Below, piece after piece: positions 27,201-38,968 of a DNA stretch of 64,000 nucleotides (position 1 is its first letter; each line of letters opens with the position of its first letter). Under the pieces are notes generated by a model, which saw nothing but the letters and a program-made list of their open reading frames with translations, ran no database searches and was not told where the DNA came from. The position numbers and the translations under genes are program-made. Source of the DNA: Squalus acanthias (lineage: Eukaryota); the NCBI GenBank assembly GCA_030390025.1, contig CM059432.1:104720001-104784000 (forward strand), written 5' to 3'.

Positions 27201-27394
27201 GTAGCAAATTGGGAGGGGAAAACTAACATGGGTAATGAAATATGGTATATGCACCGTACAATAAAATGACTTGTATTTGAGAAAGAAACTATAATCCTTT
27301 AATTGCTCGGGTCTCTATTCTGGTGGTTATTCCGGCACCAATATTGCTGGAATTTGCAGGGTCAGTGGGAGGGCACATTTCAGACACCCGCATG

Positions 27395-28180
27395 CAGTAA
27401 GACCTGGACGACATGCAGGCTTGGGCTGACAAGTGGCAGGTAACATTCGCGCCACACAAGTGCCAGGCAATGACTTATCTCCAACAAGCGAGTGTCTAAC
27501 CACCGCCATTCAATGGCATTACTATCGCCAAATTCTCCACCATCAATATCCTGGGGGTCACCATTGACAAGAAACTTAACTGGACCAACTACATAAATAC
27601 TGAGACAACAAGAGCAGGTCAGAGGCTAGGTATTCTGCGGCGAGTGTCTCATCTCCTGACTCCCCAAAGTCTTTCCACCATCTACAAGGCACAAGTGAGG
27701 AGTGTGATGGAATACTCTCCACTTGCCTGGATGAGTGAAGCTCCAACAACACTCAAGAAGCTCGATACCATCCAAGACAAAGCAGCCTGCTTGATTGGCA
27801 CCTCATTCACCACCTTAAACAATCACTCCCTCCACCACTGGCGCAACATGGCTGCAGTGTGTACCATCTACAAGATGCACTGCAGCAACTTGCCAAACCC
27901 GCGACCTCATCCACCTAGAAGGACAAGGGCATTAGGCGCATGGGAACACCACCACCTCCAAGTTCCCCTCCAAGTCACACCATCCTGACTTGGAAGTATA
28001 TCGTCACTGGGTCAAAATCCTGGAACTCGCTCCCTAACAGCACTGTGGGAGTACCTTCACCACACGGACTGCAGCGGTTCAAGAAGGCGGCTCACCACCA
28101 CCTTCTTGAGCAATTAGGGATGGGCAATAAATGCTGGCCTTGCCAGCGACGCCCACATCCCATGAACGAATATAAAAAAA
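27395..28180 (+). mobile_element. 3' fragment of the same non-LTR family as 10277-12355
   Basis: YKAQVRSVMEYSPLAW..LDTIQDKA; 3' end AATAAA..poly(A). Confidence 0.88.
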
Positions 28181-29371
28181 ACCCCGCTGTGCCAACATCA
28201 GCCTCTGCCTGCCAAGGGGAGGGGGGCCTGGCAAGAGGGCTAATCCATTAAAATTAATTGTGGAAGCTGGTACGACCCACCTCGCTGGACATAACGGCTG
28301 CCACTGCACTGCCACGCCTCCTTCCAGGTCCAGGCGTGGGAATTCCCAGCTTAGCGAGTCCCCGCCTCCAGCCCGTCATTTGCCTTGTAAAGGTCGGACA
28401 GAAATTCTGTCCCTCATAAGGTACTAAGAAAATTCTCAGAAACAACAGATACCTAGCGTAACTGAGGTTCCGCCAGCCTCCCAACAGAGTTGAAGCTGGA
28501 GACGTTCAGAACCCTGAGGAGTTTCTCAAATAGATTTTAAACTTAGTTGAAAAGGATTCAGTCCTTCACAAGTGTAAAAAGTTTCAACTTTTGGATTTAT
28601 TTAATAATGTAATTGTACCCAAGCCTGACCACCTTTCCATCAAATCCTGGGATTTTTGCAGTGCAAACTACAACCAACCACGTTATTTACCCTACATTTC
28701 TTTTGGTGGTTATGTACAATAGGTGGTCTGAGAACCTTTGTGCATCCCACTATAGCTATACCACATTATTACCATCTTACAGCTGAACGTGACAGTGCTG
28801 TCACTGGAATCCAGTGTATTCCATGGATACCCTTCTCGAATCTCCACAGGAATAAAGGGAGAGGGAAACAAGTGTGGGTAATGGTTTGTAGTTATGCTTT
28901 TGAAGAATTGTATTATTGGTCTCTGGTATGGGCATTTGAAAAATATTAAAAAATAAACTAACACTTGGTATGATGAAGTTGCAGATGTAGGACAGATCTA
29001 ATAATGTTATCAAACCTTTTAGTCTTTACCATTTTTGTTTCACATTCCCCCTGCCTCCCTTCACAAAAAGTACTGAAAGGGGATCCGTTCTACTCTTCTG
29101 GGAAAACACTGCCTTTGGTCCAGTACACACACCAAACATACATAGATTTGCAATCCTGTAAATGAAAACATTCCCAAGGGGACTATTGTGTGTGGAATTA
29201 TTTCCCATTGATTATTTCCCAGGGTGTGTCCTGCAGCAAATGAGATTGCTTATCTCCATGTGGGGAATGAGGCTTTCCTATGAAACAATATGACAAAAAT
29301 AAAGTGAAAGACATGATGCCAGTTGTTGAGAGGTGATATTTCCCTGAATGTTTTCTATTTTTTCTTTACAG

Positions 29372-29467
29372 AAACTTAAACAGAAAAACCAGCAGCTGAA
29401 GCAAATAATGGATCAACTACGGAACCTGATTTGGGACATTAATGCAATGCTAGCAATGAGAAACTGA
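29372..29467 (+). CDS. MED30: Mediator complex subunit 30, last coding exon
   Basis: polypyrimidine tract + ttacag|AAA; KLKQKNQQLKQIMDQLRNLIWDINAMLAMRN then TGA; matches the conserved MED30 C-terminus. Confidence 0.97.
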   Translation, partial: KLKQKNQQLKQIMDQLRNLIWDINAMLAMRN

Positions 29468-30916
29468 GTCAAACTATTTGATCTGTTAGTATTTTGACTG
29501 AACATATGCACGTTTATGGCGATAATCAAAGCCAGTACCTGCTAACCTGTTGATGGCTGATGTGCAGTTTTAAATCTGTATGCAAAAACAAAAGTGTGCC
29601 TTGATGTGCACAGATAAACTTATCCAGAGCTGAAGGTCACTTTGTGATACAGTATATTAATTTTAAAAACATACTTAATGTATTTGTGTAGCAAATACCA
29701 GGTTATCTATGTTGACACAGTATAGGGTAAAAACACAAATCCCGCAGAGAACCGGGCGCAATGCTTAAAAGGGTAATTGTGACTATATGTGGCAGCCCTA
29801 TCTCTGACCCGCACTCCCATCCAGAGTAGCTGATCGCTGGGGCCATGGGATTAGTGTGTTTACCTTTCTGTCACAATCAAGTTTGTGTTTGTTCTTCCTT
29901 TTGAGAATTCATGTTACATTTGCAGCTGAGCCCTTTGTTTCTTAGTGTCCTGATTAGATTTTAAAATCTGCAATGTCCACTGCTGCTGTCTTTGAAACTG
30001 GACATGCAACCTTTCAAATTTAAAAATGAGTTTAGAGAAACTCATACCTAATCCAAGTATAGATTTCCAATACGTAACTCCAGTTGTACAGCAACCCTGA
30101 TCTGTAAAACACTGTTCCATTCCATTCCCTTACATAGAAATCCTGATCCATGGAACTATATTGTTCCAGTTCATTCCTCCTATTGTATAAAAATCCTAAT
30201 CATTAGAGAGCTTTTTGGAAAATTAGTTGTGTTTATTGCCGCTAAACTGCAGATCTTTATTTTGATTCTTTATTTTACACTTGATTTGTTCCAGGGTACT
30301 GTAAAAATATTTTAGGTAATTTAAGGTCAGTTTTATAAAGTAATACATAGAGGATATGTTTTTTGGAAAAATGTGAGCAACTATGAACAGCTATTTCACA
30401 CATCCATAGAAAATAGTTGAATCCTGGGACTAATTACTATACAGGGTAGAAGGTAAGTTGAATCAACAGGGTTCAGATGGCATCATGAACCACAAGAACA
30501 AACCTCAAGCAGTTTATGATGGTTAGCTGAACCTGGCAATTAAATTACAGCCTTGAAATCAGTTATATTTTATAATATACAGATAGTTGTAATTTTATCT
30601 AGGGTCTTAGTTTTTGGGGGAAGGAGACATTATTCACTGCCAATGTTGACACTCCACATTGATGCAGGAAGATGATCTGCTGAGAGGATTAATGACTGAG
30701 ATCAACACCTCATATTTATCGAGATAAAATCTGCATTTTATTAATGAAAGATTCAGTGTCCAGTATATATTGTCGTATTTTGTTTTTGTTTGTTTTGAAC
30801 TTTAAACCTTTGAGTTCTGAAAGCTTTTTCAAACTACCCACATCCCATGAGCTCTACCAAACTTGTTTACTACACATTCTTATTGAATGCAAAGTTTCTT
30901 AATTTGCAGGTATCTG

Positions 30917-30922
30917 AATAAA
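30917..30922 (+). terminator. Candidate polyadenylation signal of MED30
   Basis: First AATAAA I noticed after the stop codon, followed by a T-rich run; further AATAAA at 32283, 32363 and 34353 are alternatives. Confidence 0.45.
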
Positions 30923-32539
30923 CCTTTTTTTTTAAATCGTGTAGATAATGCAGTGCTGAAAGAATTGCTTTTATTCTTCAAACACTAAGAATATCACTTC
31001 TGTTCTGATATCAAAAAGCTGCTGCATTGCTGCCTGACCCTTTTTATAAAGAAACAAACATAACATTTGAGAGTCACCTCTTAACTCACTAGGGGGATCA
31101 ACATGTTTTCAATGTTTATCCGTGACCCATTCTATTCCTCTGGTACAGCCTCAGCACATGTGGTATAAAGTGCAAGGAATCGATTGGCAGAGTTGCACTA
31201 CAACTGTAAATGCAGATCGGAACTGTATTACTAGCTGTTTTTGATTTGAGCCACATGCCAACAATTCAGATTTGTTTACCTGCTTAGAAGTTGCTGATTT
31301 CAAATTGGACTAGTCTGATTTAATAGGAATCCTTCTCCTCCAGCATTCATCAACCAGTAATTTCAGTGTATGTTTGGGACAGAGGTTTAGTGCAAAGGCC
31401 GAGATTAGATTCATCAAGGGTAGTGTAAACCAGATTTGGGTAAGAAAAGGGAGGAGGCAGTTATTTGAAACTGAGCTACTGTATAGTGACCTTGGGTCAC
31501 TTTTTTATTGTAGCAATTAGGATGATGACAAAGTGAAGAATTTTTTATACTGTTTATCAGTCATTTTAATATTCTTATGCACCGTGCTATTGCCTGTAAT
31601 TGATTCACATCTTAATATGCCACTGCCTTACTACGAATGTTCAGTAGCATTGGAATGAAGTGTTGTGCCCTGGTGTAGATCTGGCTTTGGGATTTGAAAT
31701 AGCTTTCCTTTTAATTGTGAAAAGCATGTTCTTCTTTAACTTTAACCTAATGTGGCTCTCAGTCCCTAAAGTTGTTGCATAAGTGAAATATGTGAATACA
31801 TTGCAAGGCTGATTCTGTTTTTATGAATAATTCCCTAATCTCCACTTATTTATACTTCACGCTTAACTGGTTTATCCCTTTTTTGATTCTTTCTCATTGT
31901 GGTCTCGCCCTCTTCTAAAACCTGGAGTACTTGTTTAAAGCAGTGTAAGTGCTAAATTGGCAACTGTCACACTTTCGTATCTTTGCTCTCAAATATCTTA
32001 ATTGTAAATTAGGTCATTTACATTTGTCATTCTTTGATGGGATTCATTTCCCTCACTGAGATATGAATGAATGGAAATATTTATGAGCATTGTATCTTAT
32101 GTAGTGAACATGTTGTATGTACCTTTGGGCTTGTGTCTCTGCGTCTGAAGGAAGGTTTGCTTGATTTTATATTTAAAGTTTGTTTTTCCACATCCCTTCA
32201 TCCTCCAAGTTAATTAAATTTCAGAAGATTTACAATAACTGTTTGTATTAGTGGTTTCATGAGATAAGTGAAGTCACCATCCAATAAACTCAGCTGCTAA
32301 CTTGAGTTACGTTGAGAAAGCTTTACTTTGTATAAATTTAGGCTATTCGTGTTGCTTCTTGTAATAAACTCATCAGTGGTCGTCACCAAAGTGCTGTCAA
32401 AACTTTTGGAGTTCAATGTTAATTAGCAAGAACTCCTTTTTGGGCAAATGCTTACTAGCTGATTTTCTGAGGGACTCTTATTTTCCTATTTGCAGTGGCT
32501 ACCCTTGTGCATTTGTGCACTATGCATATTGGAATCTCA

Positions 32540-32685
32540 GATGTTCCTGCGATTCATTCTACCCCCAGTCGCCCGGCACTTTAATTCTCTGCTCCACTCC
32601 CACTCTGACCTTTCTGTTCTCGGCCTCTTACACTGTTCCAACGAAGCTCAATGGAAGCTCGAGGAACAGCACCTCTTTCTATTAA
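32540..32685 (+). mobile_element. Penelope-like element fragment (GIY-YIG C-terminus)
   Basis: SVLGLLHCSNEAQWKLEEQHL; homologous to 46740-46860. Confidence 0.7.
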
Positions 32686-33017
32686 TGTGGCTGTGCAATG
32701 GCAGTTTCACACTGAGCCATGGTCTGGCATTCTAAACTAATGAAAGTTACAGGAATGTAGAAAAGGGCTAATAATCACTTAATAGTTTCCTGGTTTTTCC
32801 CCATTTGAGAAGAATCTTTATTTGGAGTAAGTTGCAAGGAGATTGAACCGAGAAAACTACATGAAGTAACCAAGCCCAGATCCTAGTGCACAATTCTGAT
32901 CAGATCATTCTGAAGGAGGACGAGAATTCTCTCTCTTGCAGTTATTAATTCAGAATTTTGAGGCAGTGATTCCACTTTTCTGTCTCCTAGTATAGCATTT
33001 TCTAGTCTCTTATTGCA

Positions 33018-33666
33018 GCCTGTCACTTGAATTCTCCGCTCTACTCCCACTCTGACCTCTCTGTTCTCGGCCTCTTACACTGTTCCAGCGAAGCTCAATG
33101 TAAGTTTGAGAAACAGCACTTCATCTTTCTATTAGACACTTTACAGCCTTACTCAAGTTCAACAATTTCAGACTATAACCTCTGCCCCTATTTCTTTCAG
33201 ATGGCAGCTGTTGATGATCCTGCTATTCACTTTTACACCACTTAGAATGGTTACAGCACAGGAGGCCATTTGGCCCATCGAGCCCATGCGGCTCTCTGCA
33301 AGAGCACTTCAGCTGGTCCCACTCCCCGTAGCCCTGCAAAGTTTTTCTAGACCCATCTTTTGTTTCTTTACTTGTCCCATTACCATCACCTTTTGCTTTG
33401 TACAATTATACCTTTTGTCTTTTAATCACTCCTGCTTTCCACCCTATCTCAGACCTTCCCTTTTGTTCTTTCCTCCCCCCTTTCTCTGCCCCAGCACTTG
33501 CTTAAAATCTGTTACATCTCTAACTTTTTCTAGTTCTGACGAAGGGTCATCGACCTAAACGTTAACTCTGTTTCTCTCTACAGATGCTGCCTGACCTGCT
33601 GAGTATTTCCAGCATTTTCTGTTTTTATTTCAGATTTCCAGCATCTGCAGAAATTTGCTTTTGTAT
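33018..33666 (+). mobile_element. Penelope-like element 3' end with degenerate hammerhead motif; short CR1 tail inserted at about 33243-33340
   Basis: CSSEAQCKFEKQHFIFLLDTLQP; collinear with 46740-47302. Confidence 0.8.
33532..33567 (+). ncRNA. Degenerate minimal hammerhead ribozyme motif (G of GAAA missing)
   Basis: AGTT-CTGACGA-A-GGGTC atc GACCT-AA-ACGT-T-AACT. Confidence 0.6.
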
Positions 33667-35491
33667 TAGAGTTCAAGGAAAGGGTTGACTTAGTTGATTT
33701 ACTTTTAATCTCTTTTAAGAATACTTGATCCTTTTATAAAAATTGGTTATCATTTATTGGACTGGATTTGAGATCCCAGTGGTGAAAGAACAATGTGATA
33801 ACCCATTGTACCACCCAGACAAAGTATGGCTTGAAGTATTTACATAATGTACATGATTTTCATTGTGTTAGTCAACATAAAATTGAGTTGACAAAAATAA
33901 TACTGCTTTAAGCTCCATGGAAATTTCTCATAAATTCAGTAGTATGCTTTCTCAATCAGCATTAAAAGACATTGGTAAACTAAGGTTTTTGTATCTTCAT
34001 TGCTTTAAAAACACACAACTGTGGAGTTGAGTATTGCAATGTCCTTTTGTGCATCTGTAAAGTCTGTGCTTTTTAATCCTGCTTTTTGTATTTTCTCTGT
34101 CAAACTGCACCTCGAAATATGTTCCTTGAGCCTCTTGTATAACTACTAGATAATGCTGTATATGCTGGAAGTATATATATATATTTTCTAATTGTTTCGG
34201 AGACTAATATTAAAATCTGGAGAGAGAAGCTCACCTTCTGATCCGTACAATGTCTACATTTATATGTAACCAGATGATTCTAATGATGGGAAATTTCTGT
34301 TGACCTTTTACTCTGTGGAGGATTTGGAATGTCAACTGAAAACTTTAAACACAATAAATGAAATACCAATATTTTACTTTATTGAAGTCTTTGTTTTAAG
34401 CAAACCACAAAAATGTTTAGTTGCTTGAAATGTACTTCTGGGTGGAATCTTTTAAACATCCAAATAAATACATTTGAAATAAACTGTGTTTAATATTAAT
34501 GCAGAATTTGGCACACAGATTTGCATTTGTATGAGTTTGTTGCCCAGTACAATTGGAGCTTCAACATGCTTTGGAACAAAGTTTGGAAGATGGATTTTAA
34601 GTGCTTGGAATGTGTGGGGAGGGGAGAAGGAGGACATAAACCAGACATGTCACAAAGAAGACTAGGAACTGGTAATTTTGTCCAGTTTATGTGATCACAG
34701 CACTTCTAGCTTCCAATGTAAAAGATTCAAGTCTAGAAATGATTCTATATTACATTTAATTTCCTAAATGCAATTAATTTTATAACAGTAGAAGTCTTCT
34801 AGTGAAAAATTATGGTTTAAATATAAATATAATTCTAGATATGTCAATACCAATCCTAGATATACCAGTCTGTACCAATAATTAAGCTTGTTTACGCACT
34901 GAAACCTTTGCTATCGAACTCTTGGTAATTAATGAGTGATTAATGTGACTAATCACAGGTACAATAAGGTGCAAGATCACTGGGAACCATCAATTGGATT
35001 TTTTTAACTGAAAGCTACACAGGAAGCACTTCAATTAACATCAAAAATTAATGGAGCAGGATCCAAATATGGATTAAATTTAATGTTGCATGACTTCAGT
35101 TTAAGTGGGGAAAGATGGCGTTTATTTCACTGTTATAATTTCAATGATGCCCTACTAAATGTATCCTGGTATTGGGCAACAATGTTCACCTCAATCATTG
35201 TTACTACATTATTACATCCTATAATTAATTCCTTGCACTGCCAGAAGCATTGTCTGTGTCTTTCTCTACGTCCATGACTTGTCGCCTTAATAACTTAAAA
35301 GTGCTGTATTAGATTTTCGCTGTAATTCATAAGTGAATGTCCCACATTAGATATGTGAACAGGAATTAAACAAGCCATGAATAGAAGGATTAGAATACTG
35401 AAAAGTCAGAAACATAACACAAACCTTTTTTTTTAAATGCATTTAAAAAAAATCAGTGCACATTTTGTGATATTGATAGAAGTATGTAATT

Positions 35492-36209
35492 GGCCCAGAT
35501 TTTGCAGTCAGCGGCGAACGAACGCCGTTCGTCGTTCATTACACTTGCCCACAGACTTTCTATTGGCTTTTGCACTGGAACTTGGTGATTAGAAATCCAT
35601 TTCAGCGCAGCGCCCTCTATAGGGGATCTGGGACCTGTGTGAACAGAGAAAGCAATTGTGTATGTATCTTAACCAATCAGATTGAAGAATCCTTACTGCA
35701 ACATGTGCAGAGTCTGAACCAGGAAGTGTCAGCGTATTCAATGTCAAATCTTGTACAGAAGGCAAAATAAAGAGAGGGAAAGAAAGATGGGATTGAGAGA
35801 GAGATAAAAAAGAGATAAAGAAAAAGTGTTTTAAAAATGTTACTTAAATTTTTTTAAATCTCCAATAATTAAAATCTGAAGGAATGTGACTCGGTAGATG
35901 TAAAAGTTAATTTTCAGTGCCAGAGAGGTTCACTGGAATGGACAAGCCCTAACTTTTTCTGATGTGTTTAGTGGGTATCTATCACATAAGTACAGCAACT
36001 TCACACCGTTCCATTTATTTCAATGCCGAGTCTCTCGGTGAGATACCGTTATAGCACTGTCTTTGGAGGAGCAGGGAAACTTGAACAGCAACTTTCTGAT
36101 TTTCACGTTTTAGTGCACATGTGCGGACTCTGGAAGTTGCTGTCCGATTTACTCTTTAATAACTGAACGCTAATGGCCTCACCGTTATTTTTACTGCAAA
36201 ATCTGGGCC
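35492..36209. mobile_element. PIF/Harbinger-type MITE, 718 bp
   Basis: Perfect 17-bp TIRs GGCCCAGATTTTGCAGT; flanks ATT / AAT. Confidence 0.8.
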
Positions 36210-38017
36210 AATGTTTCATTCGCTGCATTACCACACTTCAAATGGCTCTAAAGCACTTTGGGACATTCTGCGGTTGTGAAAGGTGCTTTATAAATGCAGT
36301 TCTTTTTGCATTTTATCAAAATGTATTCTTAATCCTATCAATCTGTAATGCAGCATGTTGGACCTTCTTGTACTATCATAGTATTTTTTTTAACGTTGCA
36401 ATTTTCCACGTCTTCATTGCCGTCATCCGACCCCTCTTCCCTCCTTTCTGCTCTTTTCCTGAAGTTCAGTGATTTGTGCTGGGATTTGGTTTCATATGTA
36501 ATGGCAGCCTCTGGTTCTTCATCAAAGAGGCCAATCTCTATGTGTATACCTAGGCTGTGAATGCATTCGTAAACTATTCAATTTGAAGGCATCACAGCCA
36601 AGCACAGTCCTTTCATCACCTTACATGTATTCTTTCTGCCAGGCCTCACTAGATTTCAATCAGGAGCAAGAACCTTGGGTGATTTCCCCCTCTTAATTAA
36701 GGCCCATTTAGAATAATTAACTCAGAGCTGTACATACAAGAGATTGAATCAGGGTTTACCTTGATTGTATCAGTTGTGGGGACATTACTGTAATCTATCA
36801 TTCAGAGACAGAGTGGCTGAGCACTTTATATAAGTAGGAGTTGATCAAAGAGAGGCAGCATGGATGTGTGAAGGGTAGCTCATATCTAACTAATTGGGTT
36901 GAATTTTTGAGGAGGTCACTAGCATGGTGGATAAGTGAGTGTCTATGGATGCTGCCTATATGGACTCCCAGAAGGCATTTGATAAGGTTTTGCACCAGAG
37001 ATTATTAGCAAACATAAAAGTGCATGGAATTGGAGATAACCTTGTGACATGGGTCAGCAATTGGTTGGAAGGTAGGAGACACAGAAAGTAGGGACAAAAG
37101 GAAGGTTTTCTGATAGGTGGGAAGTGACGAGTGTTGTTTCCCAGGATCTGTATTGGGCCCTCAGTTTTTCACAATCTATATTAATGACTTGGATGAAGAA
37201 ATGGAGAGTTGAATATCCAAGGGTGCAGATTAGGAGGCACAGTAAGTTGTGTAGATGGGAGCAGGAAGTTACAACGGGACATAGACTAAGTTTGTGGGCA
37301 ACTCTATGGCAGATGGAGTTCAATGTGGGGAAGTGTGAGGTTATTCATTTTGGATCTAAGAAAGATAAATCAGAATATTTTCTTAATGGTGAGAGACTAA
37401 TAGAGGTGGAGCAGCAAAGGGATTTAGGTATCCATGTATATAAATTACTAAAAGCTAGTGCACATGTGCTAAAAATAATGAAAAAGTCTGATGGAATTTG
37501 GACCTTTATCTCAAGGAGGTTGAATTCAAAAGTGAGGAAGCGATGCTTCAGTTGTACAGAGTGTTGGTCAGACCCCACCTGGAGTACTAGGTTCAGATTT
37601 GGCACCAAACCTCAAAAGTTATACTGGCCTTGGAGGGGGTACAGCACAGATTCGCCAGAAGGGTTAAATTATGAGGACAGGTTGCATAAACTTTATTTGT
37701 ATTCTATTCAAAGTGTTTAAAATGATAAAGGGATTCAGTAAAACTATTTCCTCTGGTGGGTGAAATCAGAACAAGGGGGCATAATCTTAAAATTAAAGCT
37801 TGGCTCTTTAGGAGTGACATTAGGAAGCACTTTTTCACACAAAGGATAGTGGAAATTTGGAACTCTCTCCCCCAAAAGGTAGTGGATGCTGGGTCAATTG
37901 ACATTTTCAAGACTGAGATCGATAGATTTCTGGTAGATAAGGATACCAAGGGATATGGAGCAAAGGTGGATAAATGGAGTTGAGGTACAGATCAGTCATG
38001 ATCTAATTGAATAGTGG

Positions 38018-38162
38018 CCATGATGCGGAGATGCCGGTGTTGGACTGGGGTGGACAAAAGTGAGATGTCGCACAACACCAGGTTATAGTCCAACAGTTTT
38101 ATTTGAAATCACAAGCTTTCGGAGCGGTTGCTCCTTCGTCAGGTGAAGTGAAGAAATACCTT
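38018..38162 (-). mobile_element. 145-bp Penelope-type mini-insertion carrying a hammerhead motif
   Basis: 14-bp TSD TAATTGAATAGTGG at 38004-38017 and 38163-38176 inside the CR1 3' UTR. Confidence 0.8.
38109..38146 (-). ncRNA. Minimal type I hammerhead ribozyme motif
   Basis: Minus strand: TCAC-CTGACGA-A-GGAGC aacc GCTCC-GAA-AGCT-T-GTGA (stem I, core, stem II, palindromic stem III). Confidence 0.8.
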
Positions 38163-38429
38163 TAATTGAATAGTGGAATAGGCTCGAGGGGCTGAGTGGT
38201 CTACTCCTGTTCCTATGTATAGGCCAAATATCAGATTGCATGGTCTGCTCAATGATTTTCAATAGGACGATGCAATAAAAAGATGTAAATTTACTTTTGA
38301 TTAATTTTCTCCCCTCCTTTCAGTGAGGTATGTTTCATGTGTACTAGCTCATGCATGAGGCTAGACAGTAAAAATCCTGCAGGGTATCCAGTTGTGGGGG
38401 TATCATAACCGAGTCCAAGCCTCCTCTTG

Positions 38430-38822
38430 CAGGGTATGGTAGCATAGTGGGCATCTTACTGGACTAGTAATCCAGAGGCCTGGACTAATGATCCGGAGAC
38501 CGAGTTAAAATCCCACCACAGCAGCTGGGGAAATAAATCTGGAATAAAAAGCTAGTAATGGTGACCATGAAACTATCGGATTGTTGTAAAAACCCATCTG
38601 ATTCATTAATGTCCTTTAGGGAAGGAAATCTGCCGTCCTTACCTGGTCTGGCCTACGTGTGACTCCAGACCCACAACTCTGAAATGGCCCAGCAAGCCAC
38701 TTATCACACAGACTGCAGCAGTTCAAGAAGGCAGCTCACCACCACCTTCTCAAGGGCAATTAGGGATGGGAAATAAATGCTGGCATGCCAGCGACACCCA
38801 CAACCCAAAGAACAAATACAAT
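38430..38822 (+). mobile_element. tRNA-derived SINE sharing its 3' tail with the LINE at 27395-28180
   Basis: A-box-like tagcatagtgg and B-box-like gagttaaaatccc; tail gactgcagcagttcaagaaggcagctcaccaccaccttctc..aataaatgctggc matches about 28067-28140. Confidence 0.8.
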
Positions 38823-38968
38823 TTTCTCATCTGACTTCCGCCTATGACTACTAGCAGCTGGTGTCATTTGTTAATGACCAGGAGCCATGTTTCCACTCCT
38901 CCCCACTCAGCCAGCTCTCCAGCCTAGACACCAGGTCACCACCCCAGCTGAGATCAACTAATTCAGCA

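Larger units (their letters stand above)
36800..38220 (+). mobile_element. Decayed CR1-type LINE 3' part
   Basis: WQMEFNVGKCEVIHFG, RGHNLKI..FFTQRIV..WNSLP; tail ttcctatg. Confidence 0.88.
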
